Shown here in pieces: positions 19,401-28,500 of a stretch of DNA of 64,000 bases. The notes under the pieces are model-generated. The model worked only from the letters and a program-made list of their open reading frames with translations. It was not told the origin of the DNA and made no database searches. Position numbers and translations under genes: made by a program. Source of the stretch: Barthelona sp. PCE (Eukaryota); contig JAUFOR010000008.1 of the NCBI GenBank assembly GCA_040285745.1, positions 1,302,001 through 1,366,000 on the forward strand, in the 5' to 3' direction. Positions within the stretch are counted from its first letter, which is position 1; every line of letters begins with the position of its first letter.

Positions 19401-20882
19401 GGACCGCATTACCGTTGGGAACGAAGCCATTGAGTTCTTGAGGAATAAACACGTGCAAACAACATACAGAGGAACTCCATGCGCCGTTTCCAATAGTGCA
19501 TATAAAATATACAGTTTCTCGATTTTAAACGGGCGTTGTAGAGCTGAAAACATCTCAGCAAACCCCGGAAGTGCAGAGAAAGAAACTTTCGGGATCATAT
19601 CGTAAGTGAATTCCTCCAACATGTTTTTCTGTTCACTTGATAGGAATTCCACGAGAAGACCAACAACCTGTGCAATAAAACCGCTATGTGCGGAAGGCTC
19701 CTCTGTTGTTAGGAAAGAAAATGCATTTTGAACTATGGTGTTCAGAGAAGGAGCAAATACTCTGGTGAAAATATTCTTTTCACCCGAAAAAACATCCTTT
19801 AACACAATTTTGAGGACATCTGCGGCGACAATAAGACAATTTGGTGTTGAACGATGTAGTTCAAACACATCAATGATGACATCCCTCAGTAAACATATAT
19901 CATCGTTGTTATCCTCAATATGGCTCATCAGATCGCCTCTCTCAATCAAAATCTTCACTAGAAGAAAAATAGAACCAAAAATAAGTTCATTGTACTTATG
20001 TTGGTCAACACTATGACAAAAAACGCTTATCCAGCCATCGCTGACAATACGGCTCGTCTCCATAGTTTCAATAACACGCAAAAGGCATGGGAACACACGC
20101 TCAAGTACAGCAGAATACGTGGAGTAACCATCAGCAATCTGTTTTAGAAAGTGGCTGGTTGCGTTATTGCTGTCGTACAGATAGATAAGGACAATCGACA
20201 CTCGGTCTGGGGACGGGTGTGACAGGACCCAGCTCTCCAGGGAGGAGATGATTTTTGTTGGAAGCTTCAATGCAGGGAATCTCCTTATCAAACCAAATCT
20301 GCTCTCGATGTCGATGACTTGGTTCTGTACGAGATAGAGGAACAGCTGCTCTGTGATGCTCTCGACGATGGATACAAGAGCTATGCAAAAGGAAAAACCC
20401 GATGTTTGCAAGATCTCGTTTCGTTGTCGACGTGACATGCAGTCAATCACATCTTTCATAAGTCCAAAACGCTGCATTTCGGCGCTAGCGTTCGCAGTGA
20501 GGAGCTTTATGATGCGTAGATGAGCACGGGGAGCATCTGTGTTGAGAACTTGGCGAACTGCAAGCATGACGCTGTTCTCGCTCCAGCATCCTGGCTCAAT
20601 GCGCATCAGAAGCTCAACGACACACTCGTATATTTCAGTATTCCTAGAAGCCAGCAACTGAAGAAGTTCAGACAAGATAGTGCTTTGAAGTTCGCAAAGT
20701 AGGATATCCGACGTTGTCAACGCAAGAAGAAGATACAGCGCCTGTAGCGTGTCTTCTTCGTCGACGGAAAGGTCAAGTTTCTCAGCTAGTGCTGAGATAC
20801 GTCCGGATGAAATGAGTGTTTCGACAACTGAGGCATCCAGAGATGCCCCGTTGAACTCACTCTCGTAATCTTCCCTGTCCAT
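16482..20882 (-). CDS. Large ARM/HEAT-type alpha-solenoid protein with central basic coiled coil and acidic tail
   Basis: ~1,466-aa Leu-rich helical ORF with a KRKRRRKHRERE stretch and an E/D-rich C-terminus. ATG 20882 (MDREDY) preferred; ATG 20954 is possible. Confidence 0.75.
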   Translation of the reverse strand: MDREDYESEFNGASLDASVVETLISSGRISALAEKLDLSVDEEDTLQALYLLLALTTSDILLCELQSTILSELLQLLASRNTEIYECVVELLMRIEPGCWSENSVMLAVRQVLNTDAPRAHLRIIKLLTANASAEMQRFGLMKDVIDCMSRRQRNEILQTSGFSFCIALVSIVESITEQLFLYLVQNQVIDIESRFGLIRRFPALKLPTKIISSLESWVLSHPSPDRVSIVLIYLYDSNNATSHFLKQIADGYSTYSAVLERVFPCLLRVIETMETSRIVSDGWISVFCHSVDQHKYNELIFGSIFLLVKILIERGDLMSHIEDNNDDICLLRDVIIDVFELHRSTPNCLIVAADVLKIVLKDVFSGEKNIFTRVFAPSLNTIVQNAFSFLTTEEPSAHSGFIAQVVGLLVEFLSSEQKNMLEEFTYDMIPKVSFSALPGFAEMFSALQRPFKIEKLYILYALLETAHGVPLYVVCTCLFLKNSMASFPTVMRSGVMGLLYKELRETCDVSSAMDLFSLFISACEENHAHMLSHGEEISILEFLLMEIFVVDFSKIAVVLLTKLLNADSSNAFVRAGFVTVFQMHIINIDDSISESVQLGAMLCLTTIYATHEFSFESDFLNSVGTMCCRWFDTASAAIATFGMLFALYVDTDLEIAKPDDIVRKAIKLIEVNGNENFMIETLFGVIELLAQKQTLIFDERVLIAVNEVIASKTSFKGVINCALSAAKAYLINVADVWPEENDSLISVVNDLFKAINVLIQSSTIRLSAAIIANVLFVTEQLFQFCFPYLHRIDHVHMLFDHLSKLAVIHRNRHPIVASALTIVYLSLTNYTMFKKMMGSECDIQRICAIPFETCAKLDHTVITDLRHLNQKDYLQSLLHHERLVRKQRKEEILRKAIRDRVLYEEDNKKYIKRKRRRKHRERERRSDFEKAYDVTKKMFAFTEKIRFTELREERKARVALFDLSYRVLLLSSFSSARYNSIKEHNLHGSSIVTLLSELSDIPAGVEDTDVICVVLDLITLSIVLSEDPKEYIKFKSEMDAELFFEELLRFMPVVPDRVCITIAACLLSSEMRKLLLRMDVFEIFNETLMRHRSNHHLRLAMINIVSLLSLQTIGKDLLKDRNLESIFAELSFNLIRTCKRRHSMLLLILATIYHLTFANGRILEELHAEDLLTAMQYLRKKYKEVTDPSLGVLVSKVIVRMSYSSSISPALLKYADKPLSLLKDSCSAYNVEMGMNFVHNIVIHNPVLGFRLVLLGANALIRNSMNTFSIDHDITELGKYVLHLLAPSVFQYEEFKKKNPSVHRQKLIQLAIRADKKRKEQIEDLKAQKDACETGITQKHHVTFNEIVDEFKAFQEQSEMKRMLKEKVTESEPEIEAGEEPASEDEVADNEDEEPSTPIQENLPIPFYDLALLSPIKIDDDVMARLVEEAEHEFPPPVFTDDEDVEGKSVEQLEAEVIELNENFI

Positions 20883-21043
20883 TGGGAGATATGTGCGAAA
20901 AGGATACAGAATGTTGAAAACAAGACAGAATCTTTCCATTTGAATGATGTACATTCAAACTACTGTTATAATGATTAATCAAAGGATAACCCCACAAAAC
21001 GCATCAGTAATTCAAAAAATGTAATTCAGTAAACTATTCATAT

Positions 21044-24000
21044 TTATTGATCTTCTTTAGCTTCAATAATCTTGCAATCAATCAAAAAGTCCTTAAATTG
21101 AGACTTATTACTATTTTCATCACTTTCTAAAAAGCTTTCTATCCAATTATGCAATACACGCTCTGTAATTTCACAATTTTCTTCTATAATCTCCAACGGC
21201 AAATTCGTTACCTCCACCGAGTCCAAAAAGCACTCAATAGGCAATTCCTCTGTATCCTTTGGCAATCCTAATAATTTAATGAGTTGAAACTCAATAGTAG
21301 CCTTCATATGTTCTAGTTTCAAATGTTCTATGAAGAAATTATCGTTTGCTGTGTGTGTGTTCATAAGGAAAAGTAAAAATATCTGTCTACATATCGTAAT
21401 TAAAGCAAATATCGGTTCGGCAGAGATTGCAACTAATAAAGTTTCGAAAAGAGTAACACCAATGATTTCGTGATAATCAGATGAAACATAGAAGAGGAAG
21501 ATAAGGAAAGAAGTGAACCAATGCGATAATTTCTCCAATAACAATGCATTAGGGGTCTTAAGTAATTCTACAATGATTGCAATAAATGTCTCCATGATTT
21601 TGAAAGAGTTCTCATCGTCCAACAAGAAGAGGATCCTAAAAGCAATGTGATTCATCGGAACATTGTACGACTCGGTTCTGAAAAATTCATTCAGCATTGA
21701 GTTAACATGCGCTCGTATTTCATAGTCAAGGGCCTGTTTAATTGTGTCCGTTAAGGCTTCAGAATCATCAAAACTGGCTTCTACGCTTTCGATATTGACT
21801 GCTTCCAAATTCTGTTGTTGTAAAAAGTGAAGCACACCCTCAAGACATGGATGCCCAATCCCCATAAGCACTTCCTCAGTGCCCACGCGTATTACCGGCA
21901 CAACAAACGAGCGAAGCCACTGGCAAAGCAGGAATTCGTTGTACGACATTACTGTTTCTAGCTCAGGTAGTGATAAATCACTTGTTATGTGTACGGAGAG
22001 CCCCAAAAATCCCCAAATAGCAGATACAAGATCCACACAGTACACTTCTTCAACAAAAGAGTCGAGGTTGTCGTCCAAATCCTGAAATTCAATTGGTTGT
22101 TCCAGATAATCGTTTGTTCTGAAATTCTTGACAAAGCTCTTATCCACCTCGATATTGACATCCGAAAAGACAAGGAAACCGTATTTAATACCTAACAATG
22201 GTGAAATTTCGCCGTTATTGAACACACGAGAGACGTAGTCAATAATTGACGACAATACATCGCTGATACTAACGATATACTCCTTAACAGCATCCTTCAA
22301 TTCCTCTTGCGTTGATCTAATGACCGCACGCACCAACTGCAATAGTTTTTGTACGGTAAAGTACAGAAGACTGCGGGTAGCAATGGACTCTTCAGTTGTA
22401 TTAGAATTGAGAGCTAAATCATCCAGGCTGAGCTCAGTGAGCGCCTCATCAATATCCTTGAAGTAAGAAAAGATAACGTCAGAAGAATCCAACTCGGAAA
22501 AGGGTAATAAGGATAGAACACACTCAAGTAAAAGCACTTCCTCTGATGGGCGGAGAGCACCGTCGTATTTGATCAAAAGTGGAAGGGCGGGGAGAATTGT
22601 GTGTCGAAGAGATGTGATGAGGGAAGAGAGCACAGTAAGTGACTTGCGGCGGAGTGCAATAAGGTCTTGTGTGACGACGTCGGTTTGTAACGAACTGAAA
22701 TGAAGAATAGTCTCAACAATAGAGTCTATGGAAACAACATCGATAGAGACGCCGCTCCACCTGAATATGAGGCAGCAACTCTTGAATAGGTCGAGGCAGC
22801 GGGTGAGTGGGAGCAGTGCTGTAAACTGTTGGACGTTTGTTAGTAACCATTCGAGCAGATCGTTAACGCAGGACGCAAGATCACCACGCAACTCAGGGGA
22901 GTCTTCTGCAATGCAACAGTTATCCATTGCAGGTTCTGCCAAAGCGTTTGTTAACTGCGTCACTACTGTCTCGGTTACACTGCAACATGTCTCCAGTAGT
23001 TGATACTCATCGCTGAGATATATGACATCGTCCATATCCGCGATTGCTACGATGCGGTCAACAGTTTCCGAGATAATGTACTCCAGCACCATGGGGTACA
23101 TTTGTGTAAGTTTTGATATGACGATCTTTCCCATTTGCCTCATGTCTGATACGTGTTGAGACAGGAAATGATCACCATGTTGGAGTGTGAAACCCGCATG
23201 GGCAGAAAGGAATTGCCGCGAGACGCTTACGGGGTACTTTAGCGAAGCCCTTAGCAGGAGAGGTACGATGGCACAGAATGAATCAATGTCAGCCTCGATG
23301 ACAGATACAAACGGAGATTTAAAAGCCATTACGAACTTTAAAAGCTTCAAGAGTTCTTTGAAGAACATGGGTGATGGGTGTACCTCAGCGATGTTAATCA
23401 TCTGGGTAAGGCATGTTTGGAAAACAACCTCACCACCTTCGGGGTCTTTCTTAAACGCTTTGTAATGTTTTTCAAACAGCAATCTGTACACCTCCATCAG
23501 AGAAACGAGCTTGAAGTAGTCATCAGAATAGGCGTTGATGTTTTCCGGGGATTGATGCTCATCTTTGGTGTAATAAGACAGCCATTCTTCAGGCATGCTC
23601 GCTATGTCTTCCAGTAACAACTGAATATTGGGCAACGATCGTTTCGATAGTTTTTTGGAGACAACTACCAACAGTGTCGTATGTACATATCTAACAAAAA
23701 GCTTATTGATGGAGAGATACAAAAGTATAGTAATCCATTCCTTTGTGAGTGCGTGCTCTAACTTGGAGCTCTTCAAAAGTGACTCGTAACACCGTAGAGA
23801 GACAACAATCATGCGGGTGGCGTCTGTATTCTCGTATTCAGATTCTTCAACCACATCATTACCACAGCCCTGAACAACGTCGTAGAGAAAGGATGCTAGG
23901 TCTGACTCAAGTGAAGCCAAGAAGTCTGCAAATCCAGCTTTGTTGTTCGAATGCATGATGTACCGTGATGCACGGCAACGGAATAAATCAGAGAGAATAA

Positions 24001-24457
24001 GAATAAGAAGTTCTAGAAGAGGGATGTTGGAATCGAGTTTTAAAGATTCTATAATATGTGTGCAGAAGTCTTCGACGGTCGGATCACTGAAAAATATGCA
24101 GATATATCGACTGATTAGATGAGATAGTTTTTCACGAACAAATACAATCTCACAAAACTCGTCTTGCCCTGCAAATAGTTCAAAAATGCCCATGAGAACC
24201 GCGAACACCTTGGATACATCACGTGCAGCATCGTCTCGTCGTTCGTTTAACACTGATTCAAGAATAAACAGTGAGAAGTGACAGTAGTTCTCATTTGAGA
24301 GGTCAAATAAGTTTTGACAGCAATATAGAAGGTCATCTATTGCATAACTGCTGATGAAACCGTTAATAAATGCTAAGGAATCTTGATCGCTATTGTATGC
24401 TTGCTCGATCGCGTAGCGCACTGTATCTAGAATGTCTTCGTCTGAACTGTCAACCAT
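21044..24457 (-). CDS. Karyopherin-beta/exportin-like protein (exportin-5-like)
   Basis: 1,137-aa acidic helical protein; N-terminal AIEQAYN, HFSLFILE and FVREKL resemble IBN_N/Xpo1 motifs. Confidence 0.65.
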   Translation of the reverse strand: MVDSSDEDILDTVRYAIEQAYNSDQDSLAFINGFISSYAIDDLLYCCQNLFDLSNENYCHFSLFILESVLNERRDDAARDVSKVFAVLMGIFELFAGQDEFCEIVFVREKLSHLISRYICIFFSDPTVEDFCTHIIESLKLDSNIPLLELLILILSDLFRCRASRYIMHSNNKAGFADFLASLESDLASFLYDVVQGCGNDVVEESEYENTDATRMIVVSLRCYESLLKSSKLEHALTKEWITILLYLSINKLFVRYVHTTLLVVVSKKLSKRSLPNIQLLLEDIASMPEEWLSYYTKDEHQSPENINAYSDDYFKLVSLMEVYRLLFEKHYKAFKKDPEGGEVVFQTCLTQMINIAEVHPSPMFFKELLKLLKFVMAFKSPFVSVIEADIDSFCAIVPLLLRASLKYPVSVSRQFLSAHAGFTLQHGDHFLSQHVSDMRQMGKIVISKLTQMYPMVLEYIISETVDRIVAIADMDDVIYLSDEYQLLETCCSVTETVVTQLTNALAEPAMDNCCIAEDSPELRGDLASCVNDLLEWLLTNVQQFTALLPLTRCLDLFKSCCLIFRWSGVSIDVVSIDSIVETILHFSSLQTDVVTQDLIALRRKSLTVLSSLITSLRHTILPALPLLIKYDGALRPSEEVLLLECVLSLLPFSELDSSDVIFSYFKDIDEALTELSLDDLALNSNTTEESIATRSLLYFTVQKLLQLVRAVIRSTQEELKDAVKEYIVSISDVLSSIIDYVSRVFNNGEISPLLGIKYGFLVFSDVNIEVDKSFVKNFRTNDYLEQPIEFQDLDDNLDSFVEEVYCVDLVSAIWGFLGLSVHITSDLSLPELETVMSYNEFLLCQWLRSFVVPVIRVGTEEVLMGIGHPCLEGVLHFLQQQNLEAVNIESVEASFDDSEALTDTIKQALDYEIRAHVNSMLNEFFRTESYNVPMNHIAFRILFLLDDENSFKIMETFIAIIVELLKTPNALLLEKLSHWFTSFLIFLFYVSSDYHEIIGVTLFETLLVAISAEPIFALITICRQIFLLFLMNTHTANDNFFIEHLKLEHMKATIEFQLIKLLGLPKDTEELPIECFLDSVEVTNLPLEIIEENCEITERVLHNWIESFLESDENSNKSQFKDFLIDCKIIEAKEDQ

Positions 24458-24474
24458 ATATACGCTTCAAATAG

Positions 24475-24697
24475 GTGTGTTCAATGCTAGAAAGGCATGA
24501 TATTGGGAAGTAGAACTGATCCTAAACCTGTTCGGTATTATGCATAAGGGATGGCTTCCTCCACCCGATTTGGTCATCTGGTCACAAAATAATTGGCAGC
24601 AATTGATACAGTGAATGGACCTGCTTTCGGCCTTTGAGAAGAGTTTGATTCAAGTATTATTTGGTGCCTGTTACGAACTTTAAGCATCGGAATACAC
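24475..24697 (+). ncRNA. Candidate ~220-nt structured RNA (telomerase-RNA-like hypothesis)
   Basis: Five colinear helices pair the two ends of the intergenic region, with G-U pairs favouring the + strand; CCTAAACCT at 24521-24529 lies just inside the helix. See findings. Confidence 0.45.
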
Positions 24698-25348
24698 TCA
24701 CTTTACAATAGGAAATACAGATAAAATAAACGTTGTTATGACAGACAAGAATGTTACAAAAACAACAAGCGGTCTGTGCTTTTCAAGACCAACTGTAGCA
24801 GCAATTCGCACGTTTTTAGCTCCACACTCAAGTACAGAAGTGTGAATACCAAATTCATCAATAATAATTGGTGTTGGCAAATCTATCAAACGATATGGAT
24901 TTTTTCCAACTGTTTGATAACGCAGGTGGATGGGAAAGACAGCTTCTTCTCCAGACTTAACACGAATAGCCAGATTAGTTGTGTTAGCGCGGTGTTTTGA
25001 AACTTCTATATCATAGAAGCCTGCAAACTTAAATTCTGCAATATGAAACTTGTTTTCTCGAAGAAGTTCATCGAAATCAATTATGAAATTGCTATCAAAA
25101 TTGAAAACAAGCCAACAAAAGGCACTTTGAGATTCAGTAACAACATGCAGGTTTTTATGAAAACCATGACCCAAAGCACGCATCATAATCGTTTTCTCAG
25201 GATATTCTCCTTTTGCAAATCCAGAACGATCATGTAGCAATGAAAACGGATGAATATTGTGTATGCTTCCCTGAATACGTACTCCGTCAATAGCTGCTGC
25301 TCCTAAAAGAGCAATGACCCACCATAAACAAAGGACTTTTTTGAACAT
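24698..25348 (-). CDS. PIGX: PIG-X/Pbn1 subunit of GPI mannosyltransferase I
   Basis: Signal peptide, FIIDFDEL, DIE, PIHLRYQ, P.P, TVG and a C-terminal TM helix. Confidence 0.85.
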   Translation of the reverse strand: MFKKVLCLWWVIALLGAAAIDGVRIQGSIHNIHPFSLLHDRSGFAKGEYPEKTIMMRALGHGFHKNLHVVTESQSAFCWLVFNFDSNFIIDFDELLRENKFHIAEFKFAGFYDIEVSKHRANTTNLAIRVKSGEEAVFPIHLRYQTVGKNPYRLIDLPTPIIIDEFGIHTSVLECGAKNVRIAATVGLEKHRPLVVFVTFLSVITTFILSVFPIVK

Positions 25349-25592
25349 GGATAAAAAATCGGAAGCTCAGAGTTCGATCATATTTTAGAGATAAAACTGG
25401 CTTTATTGGGTTATACATATAATGCGGGAACCAAAAAGACGAAATAACTTGCATGTTTGTTGAAATGTAATTGGAGGAATTTTTGAGTTTCTACATCAAA
25501 TGTGTATAGGTTTTCCACCTCAAAATGAGGTCAAAATGATCAAATTTCACTATTTGTACTTGCTATAGAGCAATATTCCTTTTTCATAGAAA

Positions 25593-28500
25593 ATGCTTCA
25601 CACCCAGCTGTTTTTTCTGCTGTCATTGGTGTGTTTTGCTTCTTTCTCCCGGGCACTTACATTTTATATTGATTCAGTTGAGGGCAATGATGATAATCAA
25701 GGAACCCTAATAACAACACCATTTAAGACGATTCTTCCTGTTACCAAGGCATGTATACGCAACTGTTGCATAGTTATGCTGAATAACGACACTTATTCGC
25801 TTGAAAATGTGTATCAGATTTTATATTCGTATAAATTCACATCATTCACAGAAACAAGGCCTCGAATTGTTATAAAGAACATCATATTGTCGGCACCTAC
25901 GTTTGATAATATTGTTCTGAAAGGTTCAGACACAAAAATTGACATAGAACCACTTTCCATAAATAATTCTGTTGTAAGTTTCAAATCTCTCTCTATTTTT
26001 CACAAAAACGAAACAGGGGAGGAAGATAAAGTTGTTATCAACATAAATAATTCTAATATTGCATTATTTCAACCAGATTTTTCTAGACTGCTGGTTAAAG
26101 ATACAAACAGCACATCTACATTAACAATTTCGGAAAGATCAGAAACTCTGGAGCTTCAGATAATTAAGATGAAGAGGGTAGTACTTTTTTACACATACAT
26201 CAGATTTGAACATCCAATAATCGACACACAAGAGTTAGTTGCACGTTTCACAACGATTGAATGTAGTCGTACCCATTGTTATCACATGGGATCGACTGTT
26301 CAGGGGCGAGGTCTCTCACTGCAGAACCAGTTCTCCTTCATCCGTTCGAATTCTCTGGTGTTTCAGGATATAGCAATCGATAGTGGATTAGACATTGAAG
26401 CGGATAATGCAGTGATTAATGGCATTCAAGGATCTGTGTGCACAAGTAGTTTTCAAGTATCACTTACCATTTCTTCAGATGAATTAACCCTCAACAATGT
26501 GGAGTGTCCCACTCTTTTTGTTCGTGTATCATTGAAAGATTTAGGTAGGATTTACAACTGTATCTTGGGATATCTGATGATAACGCCCATCGATGCAAAC
26601 AAAATCCCATCTATAGTTGCTGACAACGCGACTGTATCACAGGCTTACATTGATGCGAATTGTAATTTGACCAACAGTAATGTTGATGTTTTCAACAGCT
26701 TTTGCCAGATATTTGAGGGTGACGGCAATCGTTTTGGAAATATTTCACTTCATGCCTCGAGCATACTGTTGCGTCAAACAGTTTTGGCATGTGACATTAA
26801 CAATAATTTGGATATGGCAGTCTTCAAAGCCTCCAGTGTATTGCTTTATGGTATGACATGCGACAATAAGGTTTCCCACCGTGGACTGACTGTGCGTACT
26901 GAAACTTCCACGTCAGTCGAAATGGATTCTGTATACTTCAGCAACTGTCACGTTCAGATGATTTTCACAGAGATAATCGAACGAGTGTCATTAACGAGAC
27001 TGGGAATGTATAATGTCACAGGTAAACAACTTATTGTCTTTGACAATCAGCATTTTGCTATTAACGTGCACATTGAGCACATGACCGTCAAGAATTCTAC
27101 AATCCCGGACTGTATTACGTGCATCACCCACCACGAGACGACCACAGTCTGTATGATTGATGTCATCGTTCGCAACTCTTTCTTTGGGAGAATTCACCTG
27201 AATTCCGGTGAAGATGTGATTGTTACGAATAGTTCATTCATTGAATTGTATGCTTCATGCTGGAAACCATCTGATGTAACTTTCCGTAGATTAATCGTGT
27301 CAGACTGCACAGTGTTAAATTCTGTCTTGACAGTGGCGGACCGTTCCGACAGAATCAGTGTTGTGTTAGTACTTGCATTGATTGAGAACGTGCAAGGACC
27401 GACTGTGATCAACCTCGTGAACAGCACCAACTTATATATTGTCCGTTCAACTGTTAAAGATACACATTTGCATCACGGTCTCGTTTTGTCTCGCAAATGC
27501 ATGTTCCTTGATGTTGTTGATGGACATTTTCATCTGTCAAGCACATTTTCTGGTGTCTTTATGGGTTTTGGTTATGTTCAATTCAGGATCAATCGATCAT
27601 TCTTCTACATCAACACAACTGATGATAGTGGAGTGTTGCTCGGTAGTGCACGTGAGGGATTTCATTACACAAAAATTACTGAATCGTCCTTTGTAGGCAC
27701 GGCGAGGTACATCGCCCTTGCGCCCAGTATGGAACTGACCTTGAACAGAACAACGTTTGAGTTCACAAATCGAGTCCTACATCCACTGCTCCAATGCACC
27801 AGAGGCAATTTCATATTTGAGCGTCTCACAGTTACTACTCGGACGAGTGTCCCTCTTCTGTTGTGTTTCGGGGAATGTGTCGTCGCACCAATCAGTGTTG
27901 ATATGGAGTTAGGAAGCTTCCGCGGGAAGAGTATATTGTTTAACTCAGATCCAGGTCTACCGTGTCAAGCCGAAATTGTGAACATGTACTGTACACACAC
28001 AAGCCTGACTGAGGCGCATATGTCGGTGGAGATCGAGGTCAGGCCATTACCAATCTCAGCTCATGAAGACAAGTTGGCGCTTGTACACTTCAGTGTCAGT
28101 TATACGTCCCCCATCATTTACTTCATTGACGGAGAGCCGATATTGAAGGTTGTGAGCAACGTTCACGGTTCCACAAACATCAGGGTTTCATCGGAGGTCA
28201 AGAAGGGCTCAACCATCGAGTTGTTACCCTTCACCCCAAATGCTGATGTTACTCTGGAACCTCTGCGATTCCGTACACCTAAATGCGACAGTGGGTCAGG
28301 GTATAACGTTGAAACGGATGGTTGTTATGATTGCGTTGCTGGGTACCTTCAGCTGGAGTTCAACAGCATGAAGCCATGCGTTCCCATTTCATCAGCGTAT
28401 TTCAACGTGGACGCCTCTCGGCTGAACGCCATCTCAGGCGCTTATCAATCGGTACCGTACGATCACTTCTTAATTGAAGAGAAGGAAACCTTGGACGTCT

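Noticed and set aside
24484-24498. U5 snRNA loop I (minus strand TGCCTTTCTAG)
   Set aside because: Mismatches the invariant GCCUUUUAC and lacks the U5 stem and Sm-site context.
24617-24635. SRP helix 8 on the minus strand (AGGCCGAAAGCAGG)
   Set aside because: The stem closing the GAAA loop cannot form, and G-U pairs in the enclosing helix favour the + strand.
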